Part shown: positions 9,359-20,170 of the stretch, piece by piece | How the letters are laid out: each line of letters starts with the position of its first letter | How positions within the stretch are numbered: position 1 is the first letter of the stretch | NCBI GenBank assembly: GCA_037308085.1 | Contig: CP147779.1 | Location: 1,504,001-1,568,000, forward strand | DNA: 64,000 bases | Direction: 5' to 3' | DNA from: Promethearchaeati archaeon SRVP18_Atabeyarchaeia-1 | Lineage (GTDB): Archaea > Asgardarchaeota > Atabeyarchaeia > Atabeyarchaeales > Atabeyarchaeaceae | Program-made: the position numbers and the translations under genes | Notes under the pieces: model-generated | What the model saw: the letters and a program-made list of their open reading frames with translations, nothing else | The model's database searches: none | What the model was told of the DNA's origin: nothing

Positions 9359-10924
9359 TCACTTCTGGGATGGGTAGACTATTCTGCCATCCTGTATTGT
9401 GAGGCTGACTTTGATCTCCTTGATTCGCTTCGGATTTTCATACGGATCTTCAGCGAGAGCGACCATGTCAGCGAGCTTCCCTTCCTCAATCGAGCCCTTT
9501 ATGTTCTCCTCGAATGAGGCAAATGCAGAGTTCCTGGTGTAGCATTTTATTGCTTCGTGCACTGATATTCTCTGAGATTCCATCGGTGCATTCACGGCCC
9601 AATGAATCCCGTATAGCGGGGAGAAGGGCATGCAATCCGACCCGAAGGCTATTACTCCTCCTTCATCGAGTATCTTCCTGTAGGGGTTGTTCTGCTCGAC
9701 CCATTGCTTTCCTAGCCTCTCCTCATACATGTCACCTGGCAGGCCCCATTCTCCTATGAAGTTGGGTTGCATGGAGGCGACTATTCCAAGTTCAGCAACC
9801 TTGCTGATCTGATCGTCGGTGACCAGTTCCATATGCTCGATTCTGTGGCGGTGATCCTTGGTCGGTCTGGATTTCAATGCGCTCTCAATTGAGTTCAGCG
9901 CCACCCCTATTGCTCTATCGCCTATTGCGTGTATGGCGACTTGGATCCCCGCATTGTGTGCCTTAGCCACAACTTGCTCCAACCTGCCCGTTTCATACAT
10001 TAGCATTCCGTTGTTGCCCTTCTCATCTGCATACTCTCCATAGAGGGCTGCAGTTCTTGATCCAATTGATCCATCGGAGAATAGCTTGAGGGCGCCCAGT
10101 TTCAGCTTGTCATCTCCAAACCCCGTTGAGAGTCCAATCTTGATGACATGGTCAAGGAGCTCCTCTATGAAGTTCATGTAGACCCTTATTCTCAACTTTC
10201 CTTCTTTCAGCGCATACTGATAGGCGACGATCTCGCTAGACGAGACAGTATCGTTGACCGAAGTCACGCCGAGGCTGTGAGCGTGGTCAGTCGCTTTCTC
10301 CAGAGCGTTTACAAGGGACCTAGGGTCAGTGGGAGAAAAGTTCTTGACAAAATCAGCAGCTTCTTCTTTCAGGACGCCAGTTGGTTCACCGCTGGCATCG
10401 ACTTCAACGCCGCGCTTTTCACTCGGTATTTTGATTAGCTTCAGTAGCGGCGAGTTGACCGACATCATGTGTCCGTCTATTCTGACCAAGGCGATCATGT
10501 GGTCTGTTGTGACGCCATCCAGGTCCTTTCTCGTGATGTATCGCTTCTCGGGCCACTTGCTCTCATCCCAGCCCGTGCCAATGATGAGCTCGCCCTTAGC
10601 CGTCTTGGCTGCGCGTTCGGCGACTCTCTCAAGCGCTTCCCGCAAGGACTTTGCTTCCCTCAAGTTTACTGCATCGAAAGTGACGCCCATCTGGATAAAA
10701 TGTGTGTGGGAGTCGATGAATCCAGGCAAGAGCACCTTGCCCCTCAGATCCACAACTTTGGTGGATTTGCCTACAAGCCTCTCTGCTTCCTCGTCTGAAC
10801 CGACAAAGATGATCATGCTTCCCGACACGGCTACTGCCTCGGCGGGGGTATCCTTGCCGTCAAAAGTGGTTACTTTGCCATTCAGGAGAATGAGATCCGC
10901 ATCTACCCTTTTCAATTTGTCCAC
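9359..10924 (-). CDS. amidohydrolase (YtcJ-like, Amidohydro_3)
   Basis: LPGFIDSHTH, KLFSDGSIG, HAIGDRA, RHRIEH, FGSD, GKLADMV. Confidence 0.9.
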   Translation of the reverse strand: MDKLKRVDADLILLNGKVTTFDGKDTPAEAVAVSGSMIIFVGSDEEAERLVGKSTKVVDLRGKVLLPGFIDSHTHFIQMGVTFDAVNLREAKSLREALERVAERAAKTAKGELIIGTGWDESKWPEKRYITRKDLDGVTTDHMIALVRIDGHMMSVNSPLLKLIKIPSEKRGVEVDASGEPTGVLKEEAADFVKNFSPTDPRSLVNALEKATDHAHSLGVTSVNDTVSSSEIVAYQYALKEGKLRIRVYMNFIEELLDHVIKIGLSTGFGDDKLKLGALKLFSDGSIGSRTAALYGEYADEKGNNGMLMYETGRLEQVVAKAHNAGIQVAIHAIGDRAIGVALNSIESALKSRPTKDHRHRIEHMELVTDDQISKVAELGIVASMQPNFIGEWGLPGDMYEERLGKQWVEQNNPYRKILDEGGVIAFGSDCMPFSPLYGIHWAVNAPMESQRISVHEAIKCYTRNSAFASFEENIKGSIEEGKLADMVALAEDPYENPKRIKEIKVSLTIQDGRIVYPSQK

Positions 10925-10932
10925 AACCTCTT

Positions 10933-12075
10933 CTAGCTCCTAGCAAATTGCCTTAGTCTTCTAATCGAGCTAACCCTATCTTTTTCGCCGAGCCTAGATC
11001 TATTAATCGAGTTCTCTAGTATTTGTGTTGCTTCGTCCATTGCCTTCCTCTCAACGGGAAAAGGCACTCCATCTTTTCCTCCAAAGGCGAAGCTGAACTT
11101 CACAGGATCTCTCCAGCTTGGCGGCTCGCCATACAGCAACTCTGAAATCAAGGCCAGCCCTCGAACCGTTGCGGGCCCGACTCCCCTCAAACCAATAAGT
11201 TGCTCATAGTTCTGGGGGCGGATGTCATACACCTCTTTCAGAAGATCCCAATTCATTCTTGTTGGGAGAAGCCTATAATGAGTGACGAATCCACCAGCAG
11301 CATAAGTTTTCCCGCCCATCCATTTGTCAAGGGTTGTTCTCGACTCTGCATACGACTTGATCTCCGAGTAAGCTCTCATGATCTTCTCGACACCCTCGTT
11401 AGCGAGGTCAGTGCAAGTTTCTCTGCACCCCCCGCTTGCCTTAGATGTCATATCAAGCACGTCATCACCGTGGTTTCTCGCGCATACGATTCCTGTGTGA
11501 GGCTCCTCCACAAAGCTTCTGACATTGTCTGAGAGCCAGTGGTACCTTCTAACCATTCTAGTTTTGGTGTTCATGCCTTGCTGTATGACCGCCCATTTTC
11601 CGTCCTCTGCCAAGAGGAATGCGTGATGGTAAAGGTGATAGCCATCTTGAATTGCCGCGTTGTCAACCTTTGCAGCCATCCTGCTGGCGTACTTCAAATG
11701 GTTTACGTCGTCAATTGAGAAATCAAAAGACTTCGGCACTGCTTCCTCCAATTCCTTCTGGGTTCCGGTGGACTTCCTTCCCTTACCGCCGCAGATAATC
11801 AAGCCATGCTCCGAGGAATTGAGAACTGTCTTCAGCACTCCACAAGTTACAGTTGTTGTTCCGCTGGAGTCCCAGTCGTAGCCGAGAACGCAGGAGAAAG
11901 CTTGGAACCAAAGCGGGTCAGAGAGTCTTGCGAGCAACTTTCCGGTCCCAAATTCATCAACGAATACGTCAACGATAGCACCAGCTAGCTTGATCATGCG
12001 CCTAACTAGGTAGTCTGGAGCAACTCCTCCATGAAGTCTGAGATCTGCAACGCCTGTTCTCGTTAGCCCGCCCAT
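10933..12075 (-). CDS. DUF763 domain protein
   Basis: ADLRLHGG, DWDSSGTTT, AKVDNAAIQDG, DPVKFSFAFGGKDGVPFPV. Confidence 0.9.
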   Translation of the reverse strand: MGGLTRTGVADLRLHGGVAPDYLVRRMIKLAGAIVDVFVDEFGTGKLLARLSDPLWFQAFSCVLGYDWDSSGTTTVTCGVLKTVLNSSEHGLIICGGKGRKSTGTQKELEEAVPKSFDFSIDDVNHLKYASRMAAKVDNAAIQDGYHLYHHAFLLAEDGKWAVIQQGMNTKTRMVRRYHWLSDNVRSFVEEPHTGIVCARNHGDDVLDMTSKASGGCRETCTDLANEGVEKIMRAYSEIKSYAESRTTLDKWMGGKTYAAGGFVTHYRLLPTRMNWDLLKEVYDIRPQNYEQLIGLRGVGPATVRGLALISELLYGEPPSWRDPVKFSFAFGGKDGVPFPVERKAMDEATQILENSINRSRLGEKDRVSSIRRLRQFARS

Positions 12076-12151
12076 GCAAAACACAGTTCTCCGATTGACC
12101 CATATAGACACGACAAGTTTAATAACGATCCATATGCTGGAGAGAACAATA

Positions 12152-12460
12152 CTAGCCTAGTCTATTCTTCGCTAGGTAGGCAATGAGCGCTAGTTCAACT
12201 ACGACGTTTCCAAACGCGAAGAGCAGGTATGAACCTAGATTGATGGACACGACATAGAGAAGGAGCAGGCCTAGCAAGACCCAGACAAAAATGAAGTTCC
12301 CTCCAAGGCTCGCTTTCTTTCCAGTTGCGCTAGCTGCTTCTCTTCTTCTACTTCTGGTGTTAGAGTAAAGAAAGATGGCGACCGCTGTCATGAATACTAT
12401 GCTAGAGCTGATGCTGATGACCCACCATTCGAATAGCCCAGGATAGTATTGCATAGTCAA
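12152..12460 (-). CDS. small membrane protein downstream of mgtA
   Basis: Three hydrophobic segments; starts 8 bp after the mgtA stop. Confidence 0.65.
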   Translation of the reverse strand: MTMQYYPGLFEWWVISISSSIVFMTAVAIFLYSNTRSRRREAASATGKKASLGGNFIFVWVLLGLLLLYVVSINLGSYLLFAFGNVVVELALIAYLAKNRLG

Positions 12461-12468
12461 CTCCTCCC

Positions 12469-14985
12469 TTAGAATTTACAGACTTTGTAGAAGAACACTT
12501 TGCCGGCATCGACCAGAAGCAAGTACGTGGCAACCATTAACACTAGGAGTATCCAATATTCTGGCGGAAGCTGCGTGAAACCGAGGAAGCCCCCCAGAAC
12601 GGTGAATGGAAGTATCGTGCCAAATGCGACGCATGAGATAGTGAGCAATGCGAGCCATTTCCCAGGCCGGCTTCTTGCGAATGGAATGCGCCTGGTTCTA
12701 ATCACGAATATTACCAGAACCTCAGTCCAGAATGACTCTACAAACCATCCGCTCTGGAATAACGTTTCGGAAGCCCCGAAAATGAAGAGCATGATTCCGT
12801 AGGTAAGAAAGTCATAGAGCGAGCTGAAGGGGCCGAAGAATAGCGTGAATTTCCTTATGAAGCCTATGTCCCAGTGTTTTGGCCTCCTTGTATCCTCGTC
12901 ATCAACGTGGTCCGTTGGTAAAGTCATATTCGATATATCGTATAGCAGGTTCATGAAAAGTATCTGCATGGGAAGCATGGGGAGGAATGGCAGGAATATC
13001 GATGCAGCAGCTGCACTGAACATGTTTCCGAAGTTGGAGCTCGTTCCCATCAGAATATACTTTGTAGTGTTCCCGAAGATCTTGCGTCCTTCCTCAATGC
13101 CATTTGCCAGCGTGAGCAAGTCTTTCTTTAAGAGCACGACATCAGCCGCATCCTTGGAGACGTCAGCCGCCGTGTCAACGGATATGCCCACGTCTGCTTC
13201 GTAGAGCGCGGGCGCATCGTTGACCCCGTCACCCATGAAGCCTACAACATGACCGTTGGACTTCAAGGCCTTGATGATATCAAGCTTCTGTTCGGGTGTG
13301 ATCCGAGCAAATATCGAGGTTTCTTCAACGGTTTTCTTGATTTCATTTGAGCTCATCTCAGTTAGGTCCGATCCGAGAACTACTCTATTGAATGGAACCT
13401 GCAACTCCTCACAGATCTTCTCTGCGACAAGCTCGTTATCTCCCGTAAGGATCTTCACGTCGACCCCCATCCCTCTTAACTTGGCTATTGCCCTGCGGGC
13501 GTCTTCCTTCGGAGGGTCGACGAACACGAGGAATCCGAGGAAGGTCAGATCAACTTCATCATTTGACGAATAAGATGCCCGAAGTGGCGGATTCCGATAT
13601 GCAACTGCGAGGATGCGGTAGCCTACTCGTGATAGCTCGGACAGCTTGCCCTCGATTATCTTCAGAACTGAGCCTATGGGCTCCTTCTTCCCAGTCTTCT
13701 CCGCGTCGATGCATCTTGGGAGCACTGATTCCGGAGCACCTTTTGCTATTAGGACTAGCTCATCGTCCTTCTTGACGACAGTTGACATCATTCGCCGCTG
13801 GTAGTCAAATGGCACCTCGTCAATTCTCTGGTAGATTTTCAGATGATTCTGTGCGTTGTTCTTGATGGCGTAATCCCAGATCGCCACATCCATGGCGTTG
13901 CCTGTAATCCTATCTCCCACTAATGCTGAATTACACAGCAATCCATAATGTAGTATCCTCGGATCCTTCTCTTCATGAGGCGACCAGTAGTCCCTGAGCG
14001 TGATCTTGCCTTCGGTGAGTGTACCAGTCTTGTCGGAGCACAGGACGTTCATGTTTCCAAAATCCTCGATTGAGAGCAACCGTTTGGCAATTACCTGAAC
14101 CTTCCCCATTCTTCGGGCTCCTTGGGAGAGGCTGATCGTGACGATGGCAGGCATCAGCTCTGGTACGAGTCCGATTGCTACTGCGAGCGAGAATAACAGT
14201 GAATCGATTATCTTGTGTCCAAGCAGGGCGTTTATCGCAAATATCCCGATCGCAAGGGCAAGAGTAAGTGTGATTAGCATCGTGCCATAGCTTTTTACTC
14301 CCCTTTGGAACTCGGTCTCAGGATGGGGCCGAACAAGGCTCCTGGAAATTGAGCCAAACTCAGTGTTCCTACCGGTGGAGACTACTACGCCACGGCCACC
14401 CCCATGCATAATAACGGTTCCCATGAAAAGGTAATTGGCCAGCTGCTGGGGAGTTGGGTGCTCGAGGATGAGAGCTATTGGGCTCTTCTCAACGGGAAAC
14501 GATTCTCCAGTGAGGGAGGATTCATCAGCCTCCATCTCCTTACACTCAACTATTCTCATGTCGGCGGGCACAATGTCCCCAATCGAGAGCGAAACCAGAT
14601 CTCCTGGAACCAACAATCTTGAGCTTATCTCGGTAGTCTTGTGTTCTCTCGTGACCACGGCCTTCATGGTTACCTTCTGTCGAAGGTCTTCAACGATCTT
14701 CTCAGCCCTGTACTCGTTGTAGAAGCCTAGGAGGACGCTTAAGCAGATCATTGTGAGGATGACTATTGACTGCTCAGGCTCCGCAAAGAAGAATGCCACG
14801 GCGGCACATGCGATTAGAATAGCGAATATCGGGTTCTTGAACTGCCGACCAAGCAATTTGACTAGGCTGAAGCCTTGAGTTGGCAATTCGTTGTACCCAA
14901 AAGTCTTGATGCGTTGCTGGACTTCTCCCTCAGTCAACCCATGCTCTCGCGTGTCGAGAGCGCGGTAGACTTTCTCGGGTTCCAC
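12469..14985 (-). CDS. mgtA: Mg2+-translocating P-type ATPase
   Basis: AIGLVPELMP, DKTGT, TGES, GDGVND, GTSSNFGNMFS, NLLYD, FQSGWFVES (P3B signature). Confidence 0.92.
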   Translation of the reverse strand: MEPEKVYRALDTREHGLTEGEVQQRIKTFGYNELPTQGFSLVKLLGRQFKNPIFAILIACAAVAFFFAEPEQSIVILTMICLSVLLGFYNEYRAEKIVEDLRQKVTMKAVVTREHKTTEISSRLLVPGDLVSLSIGDIVPADMRIVECKEMEADESSLTGESFPVEKSPIALILEHPTPQQLANYLFMGTVIMHGGGRGVVVSTGRNTEFGSISRSLVRPHPETEFQRGVKSYGTMLITLTLALAIGIFAINALLGHKIIDSLLFSLAVAIGLVPELMPAIVTISLSQGARRMGKVQVIAKRLLSIEDFGNMNVLCSDKTGTLTEGKITLRDYWSPHEEKDPRILHYGLLCNSALVGDRITGNAMDVAIWDYAIKNNAQNHLKIYQRIDEVPFDYQRRMMSTVVKKDDELVLIAKGAPESVLPRCIDAEKTGKKEPIGSVLKIIEGKLSELSRVGYRILAVAYRNPPLRASYSSNDEVDLTFLGFLVFVDPPKEDARRAIAKLRGMGVDVKILTGDNELVAEKICEELQVPFNRVVLGSDLTEMSSNEIKKTVEETSIFARITPEQKLDIIKALKSNGHVVGFMGDGVNDAPALYEADVGISVDTAADVSKDAADVVLLKKDLLTLANGIEEGRKIFGNTTKYILMGTSSNFGNMFSAAAASIFLPFLPMLPMQILFMNLLYDISNMTLPTDHVDDEDTRRPKHWDIGFIRKFTLFFGPFSSLYDFLTYGIMLFIFGASETLFQSGWFVESFWTEVLVIFVIRTRRIPFARSRPGKWLALLTISCVAFGTILPFTVLGGFLGFTQLPPEYWILLVLMVATYLLLVDAGKVFFYKVCKF

Positions 14986-15135
14986 TGACCAGTAATCCGT
15001 ACGGGCGACTTGAGCGTTTTGCTTCTGCGTCCCTTTAAATCCGCCTCACGAAGTCGTCGTGTAAGTGTGAATGACGAGATATAAGGCTTACGTGAGTACT
15101 CGTCGAAAAGAAAGTGTGATGCGTGCCTCACGCTT

Positions 15136-15891
15136 CTATGCAGGCTCTTCGTGGATGTCGACTCTTTCGATCCTGGGATACTCCTTCTTGATTGCTTGTT
15201 CGAGCTCACTTGCGATTGCATCCGCCTTGCCTATGCTGATGTTCGGGTCAAAGTGACATCGAAGGTCAACATGCAGGTTTTCGCCTATCCTGTGAATTCT
15301 TATTCTGTGCACAAGCTTGATCTCGGGAAAAGATTTCGCCGCATGCTCAATATACGACTGTAATCCAGTGTCAACTCCAGTCAGTTCTCTAGACAGTCGA
15401 TCTGACGCAGATTCAATATGAATGTCGATCTCAGAGAAGCTCGGGTTAGCAGCCTTGAGCTTCCTCTCAACCTGCTCTGCAACTTTGTGAGCCTGTTTCA
15501 CAGTCATGTTGGCGCTCACTTCAAGGTGAAAATCGACGCATAGTTTTCGGTCAATGTACTGGACATGAATATTGTGAACATCTCTTGAGCCAGGTACCTG
15601 TCCAGCAACCTGTTTCACGATTTTCCAAATGCTCTTCTGACCGGTGAGAGGCTCCGTGTTTACAGAGATAATCGCATTAGGGACAACTGCCTTCACTTCG
15701 CTCTCGATCCTTGAGGCAATCCTGTGCACATCATCAAACTTGAGATTATCGTCTAGGGAGACAAGCATGTCCACCTCAAATCTCTTGCCCGTCATGCGTG
15801 CACTCAGCTGATCGTAGTTCCTAACTCCCTTAATCGCCTCTACTCTCTTCCTAATTAGCTGCGCGATCTCTTCCTGTGAACGTTCCAACAT
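15136..15891 (-). CDS. protein of three tandem cation-efflux (CDF) dimerization domains, no membrane domain
   Basis: Three repeats of ...VDxHL/C...AHxIAxxIE...IHxEP. Confidence 0.8.
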   Translation of the reverse strand: MLERSQEEIAQLIRKRVEAIKGVRNYDQLSARMTGKRFEVDMLVSLDDNLKFDDVHRIASRIESEVKAVVPNAIISVNTEPLTGQKSIWKIVKQVAGQVPGSRDVHNIHVQYIDRKLCVDFHLEVSANMTVKQAHKVAEQVERKLKAANPSFSEIDIHIESASDRLSRELTGVDTGLQSYIEHAAKSFPEIKLVHRIRIHRIGENLHVDLRCHFDPNISIGKADAIASELEQAIKKEYPRIERVDIHEEPA

Positions 15892-16105
15892 AGGTACAGG
15901 CAAACGATGCACCTCTAATGCTCAGAGGCTGGCACTGATTCAGCATATATCTTATTCAAATCTGTCATAATCTCAATATTAAGATTGCCTTATCAAGCTT
16001 CATCATTCCTATATAGGATGGCCGCAGCTCTAACAAGTTTGAGGTGCCGCCGGAGAGAACAGGGCTGCTGATCAGAACCGTCTTTCGCTTGAGAGATGTC
16101 TCCTC

Positions 16106-17965
16106 ATGTCAGTCGAGAAGATAGTTGAAGGCATTCCTGAGTCGCCTGGCGTCTATCTCATGAAAGATGACCAAGGGCACGTGGTCTACGTTGGGAAGGC
16201 GAACAACATCCGAAAGAGGGTGATCTCACATTTCCGAAGCACGGAAAGCGTCAAGGATCTGACTCTCTCATCAGTCACTGCCAGCGTGGAGTTCATCGTC
16301 GCGCCAACCGAGGTTGAAGCACTTCTTCTCGAGAACAATCTTATCAAGAAGCTGAAACCTCGCTACAATATTCGCCTAAGAGACGACAAGACCTATCCCT
16401 TCATAAAGCTCTCCACGGCCGAGAAGTTTCCACATATCTCCATCGTCAGGAGAATAGCTGATGACGGCTCAATATACTTTGGCCCTATGGGTGACGTTGG
16501 AGGGGCAAGAACCACTCTGAAGCTCATCCGAAGAGTCTTCCCCATCCGAAACTGCACGAAGCCAATTGACGTAAGGGGAAAGAAGGAGAGACCGTGCTTA
16601 GAATACCAACTTAAACAATGCTCCGCCCCGTGCGCACAGCTGATCAGCGAAGATGAGTATCAAAGTCTCGTCGATGGCATTCGCAAGATTCTAAGCGGCG
16701 AACTTGACGAGTTAATGATTGAGTTCAAGAGAAGAATGGATGAGTCATCTCAGAAACTCGAATTCGAGAAAGCCGCTTACTACAGAGACAGAATCAAGGA
16801 CCTCGAGAGAACAACACTGAAACAGGTAATGGTATTCTCCGCAAAGATCTCAAAAGATGTGCTCGCAGTTGCCAAAGAGGGAGACGACGCATGCATCCAA
16901 CTTCTCATGATCCGAGGAGGAAAACTGATCGACCAATCACATTACCTCCTTGAGGGGGCAGGGGGAAGCTCTAACGAGGAGATTCTATCGGAATTCATAA
17001 ATCAACACTACCAGTCCGCGGCACCCTCATCGATTCCACAAGAGATCATGGTAGACAGAGACTTGGAGGAAAGGTCTCTCCTAGAGAAGTCCTTGACCAT
17101 GAGAAAGAAGAACATCCCCCAGGACGTTGGCGCTGGTCTCGTGAAGATAGTCATCCCGAGAACCGACGAGGATTCGAAGCTATATGAAATGGCGAAGAGC
17201 AATGCCAACGCGTACTTGAAACAGAGTCTCGACCAAGAGGAGAGAAGAAAGGTTAGAGCCCAACAAGCTCTTGCTGAGCTAAAAGTCAGGCTCAAATTGC
17301 CCAAAGTGCCTAGCAGAATAGAAGTCTTCGATGTATCAAACATTGGAGGAGAAGCGGCAGTCGGGTCAATGATAGCACTAGTCGACGGTGAGCCAGCGAA
17401 ATCCATGTACCGAAGATACAAGATCAGGACGGTTAGGGGACAAGATGACTTCGCTATGATGAAGGAGATCGTTAAGAGAAGATACAAGAGACTCCAGGAG
17501 CAAAAAGAAAAGAACGTTACGACCATGCCCGACTTGGTAATGGTTGACGGCGGAAAGGGACAACTTAGCGCGGCGCTAGAAGCGGAGAGGGAACTGGGGC
17601 TCTCAATACCTACAATTGGACTGGCAAAGGAGTTCGAGGACGTGTATGTTCCCTACCAGCCAAACCCAGTGGATATACCGAAAGATGCCAAGGCAATGCT
17701 CATCCTGAAAAGGGGAAGAGATGAAGCCCATAGATTTGCAGTGTCATATCATAGAAAGAAGATGAGGGAAAAGACACTAGAATCTATTCTGGACAACGTT
17801 CCTGGAATAGGACCAAAAAAGAAGATTCTTCTTCTTCAGAATTTCGATTCCGTTGAAAAGATCAGAATGGCAGAAGATCAGGAACTGTCACAAGTCCTTA
17901 AGGTAAGCAGGGAGACAGCGCGGAAACTAAGAGAGCATATCCTGCAAATGAGAAGAGAAGAATAG
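16106..17965 (+). CDS. uvrC: excinuclease ABC subunit C
   Basis: GIY-YIG (PGVYLM..YVGKA), KPRYNIRLRDDKTYP, IEVFDVSN, VDGGKGQL, RDEAHRFA, HhH. Confidence 0.97.
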   Translation: MSVEKIVEGIPESPGVYLMKDDQGHVVYVGKANNIRKRVISHFRSTESVKDLTLSSVTASVEFIVAPTEVEALLLENNLIKKLKPRYNIRLRDDKTYPFIKLSTAEKFPHISIVRRIADDGSIYFGPMGDVGGARTTLKLIRRVFPIRNCTKPIDVRGKKERPCLEYQLKQCSAPCAQLISEDEYQSLVDGIRKILSGELDELMIEFKRRMDESSQKLEFEKAAYYRDRIKDLERTTLKQVMVFSAKISKDVLAVAKEGDDACIQLLMIRGGKLIDQSHYLLEGAGGSSNEEILSEFINQHYQSAAPSSIPQEIMVDRDLEERSLLEKSLTMRKKNIPQDVGAGLVKIVIPRTDEDSKLYEMAKSNANAYLKQSLDQEERRKVRAQQALAELKVRLKLPKVPSRIEVFDVSNIGGEAAVGSMIALVDGEPAKSMYRRYKIRTVRGQDDFAMMKEIVKRRYKRLQEQKEKNVTTMPDLVMVDGGKGQLSAALEAERELGLSIPTIGLAKEFEDVYVPYQPNPVDIPKDAKAMLILKRGRDEAHRFAVSYHRKKMREKTLESILDNVPGIGPKKKILLLQNFDSVEKIRMAEDQELSQVLKVSRETARKLREHILQMRREE

Positions 17966-17987
17966 AAATCGGTTAGCTCTCCTTTAG

Positions 17988-18467
17988 CTAAACTATCTTG
18001 TAGATGTCCGGGAATAATGTCTGGAAATCTTGAATACTATCACTATTAATGATTACCATCTTTCTATTGCAGGCTAGGCAGACGGTTGTTCTCTCAGTCT
18101 CAACCGACGTGAAGGTCAGCTTAGGCTCGGAGCAGAATGGGCATTCGCCTCCCGACATGAGAAGCTTCCCAACAAACTCTTTGCCGCTATTCGGCTTTAT
18201 CCTCACCTTGTCGGAATCGACTATTTGTGCGCTTTTTACTATCTCTTTGACTAGTATCATACTTCTCTCTTGGAAGTGATACTCGTGCTGACTTGTCACG
18301 TCCTGAACCAAGTCCTTAGTGGTGCTCCTCATCTTGTCCCACATTGAGGTCGGGCAGATAAGCAGATGGCTGTCAACTCGGATGAGGTGATAAGCTTTCT
18401 TCATTAGCTCAACAAGTCTGTCTGGAACCCTTGTATCAACCGCCACGATTCTCATCGGATTCAACAC
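17988..18467 (-). CDS. hypothetical protein with C-terminal Zn ribbon
   Basis: CPFC ... CLAC. Confidence 0.6.
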   Translation of the reverse strand: MLNPMRIVAVDTRVPDRLVELMKKAYHLIRVDSHLLICPTSMWDKMRSTTKDLVQDVTSQHEYHFQERSMILVKEIVKSAQIVDSDKVRIKPNSGKEFVGKLLMSGGECPFCSEPKLTFTSVETERTTVCLACNRKMVIINSDSIQDFQTLFPDIYKIV

Positions 18468-18712
18468 TCGCGATTTTGGGATTTTCCGTGGGACTAGCCA
18501 AACACAATGGAGTCCATCTTAGATATAAAATCAAGCTTGATGTAATAAACTGAACCACTCGTTCTCTGCGAATTGCGCAACACAATTAACGCCAAGATTG
18601 AAGAGATTTATTCCGTGTTTTTCAAAAGAGCCGGAAGATAGGGAGCCCCATACGCCTCAATGAGTCTCCCCATCATGCCCAACAGAGGACGGTGGCGTCC
18701 TTTTCTTGGGTG

Positions 18713-19939
18713 CTAGATTTGTGGTGCATCCTTGCCTTCGTACTTCAGTCGGAATCCCGTGTCTTTGTTGGCGCACTCCTTGATTACGGCCGCGCCTGAC
18801 ACTATCCTCTGCACCTCATTCGTACCTTCGTAGATCTGAAGGAGCTTTGCTCCCCGCATTAGTTCTTCAAGTGGATACTCCTTCATGTACCCATAGCCAC
18901 CCATTATCTGCATGGCGTCCACGGCGTTCTGCATTGCTGAGTCTCCTGCGAAGGTTTTCGCGAACGCTGACTCCTTAGAGTTCGGCAACTTGTGATCTGC
19001 TAGCCAAGCAGCGTAACGCGTGAGCCAACGGGCTGCCTCTGCTCTGCAAGCCATGTCAGCGATCTTGAAGCTTATTCCCTCGAAGTTAGAGATGGGCTGT
19101 CCGAACTGTTTTCTTACGCTTGTGAACTTGGCTGCCTCGTCAACAGCCCTCTGGCAAACGCCAGTCGCTATCGCACCGATGGCTGCCCGCGTCTTGTCCA
19201 AGGTCATCATAGCAAGCTTGAATCCTATACCTTCTTCACCGACAAGGCAGTCCTTCGGAACTCTTACATCCTTAAAGATGACTTCGCTTTGAACCGAAGC
19301 TTTCTGCCCCATCTTGTGTTCAATGTGCCCAATCGAGACACCAGGCAAGTCAGCTGGGACCATGAAGACTGATATGCCTTTGTGTTTCAATGTCGGGTTA
19401 GTTGAGGCGAACACTGAGAACAGAGATGCGACTGGTGCGCTCGTGATGAAACACTTCATCCCGTTTATGACATATTCGTCTCCAACCTTGTCGGCTTTGG
19501 TCTGGACGCTAGCAGCGTCGGATCCAGACATTCTCTCAGTTAGGCCAAAGCCAGCTAGCTTCACCTGCTTTCCAGTTACGAGAGGCTTGATGTACTTCTT
19601 CAGCTGATCCATGTTTGCGCCAAGTAGGATCGGGGCAAATGCAAGGTTGTTGCAGGCAACAGAAGTCGCCACCCCCGCGTCTCCATATCCAACTGCCTCC
19701 GTAACTAGGGTTTCCTCAACGAGCGTTCTCTCAGGTCCACCAGCGGCTCTTGGCACGTGAAGATTCATTAGTCCCATTTCATAGGCCTTTTGGATCACTT
19801 CCATAGGGAAGTCGTCCTTGTCGTCCAATTCTAGGGCCATGGGCGTAACGTACTTGTAGGTGTACTCCTCAGCCTTCTTTTTTATCTCCAACTCTTTTTC
19901 ATTTAGAGCGAAATCCACCAACTGATAACCAACCTCCAT
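18713..19939 (-). CDS. acyl-CoA dehydrogenase
   Basis: FGLTERMSGSD, RKQFGQPI, QIMGGYGY, QIYEGTNEVQR. Confidence 0.95.
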   Translation of the reverse strand: MEVGYQLVDFALNEKELEIKKKAEEYTYKYVTPMALELDDKDDFPMEVIQKAYEMGLMNLHVPRAAGGPERTLVEETLVTEAVGYGDAGVATSVACNNLAFAPILLGANMDQLKKYIKPLVTGKQVKLAGFGLTERMSGSDAASVQTKADKVGDEYVINGMKCFITSAPVASLFSVFASTNPTLKHKGISVFMVPADLPGVSIGHIEHKMGQKASVQSEVIFKDVRVPKDCLVGEEGIGFKLAMMTLDKTRAAIGAIATGVCQRAVDEAAKFTSVRKQFGQPISNFEGISFKIADMACRAEAARWLTRYAAWLADHKLPNSKESAFAKTFAGDSAMQNAVDAMQIMGGYGYMKEYPLEELMRGAKLLQIYEGTNEVQRIVSGAAVIKECANKDTGFRLKYEGKDAPQI

Positions 19940-20170
19940 CTAAGCTGATTCTATGAGAAGGTGATATGCAATCTATCTATGGCGCAACGCGTCATGCAAT
20001 ATGCCATGAATCGTTTTCAATTTATCTTCCTTTTAAACGTTTACCATGAAGAGAAGTGATGTGTCAAAGCTTCAAAGTAGGCGGAGCGTCTGCAGAATCA
20101 GGTTTCATTGCTGCCTCCATTCTCAGCCAGCCAGTAAGCAACTGTCTACATGTTTCTCGGCCAAAGTGGT

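Noticed and set aside
18634-18710. Two hairpins 3' of the acyl-CoA dehydrogenase gene, considered as a SECIS or ncRNA
   Set aside because: The upstream gene has no in-frame UGA; more likely termination or stability hairpins.
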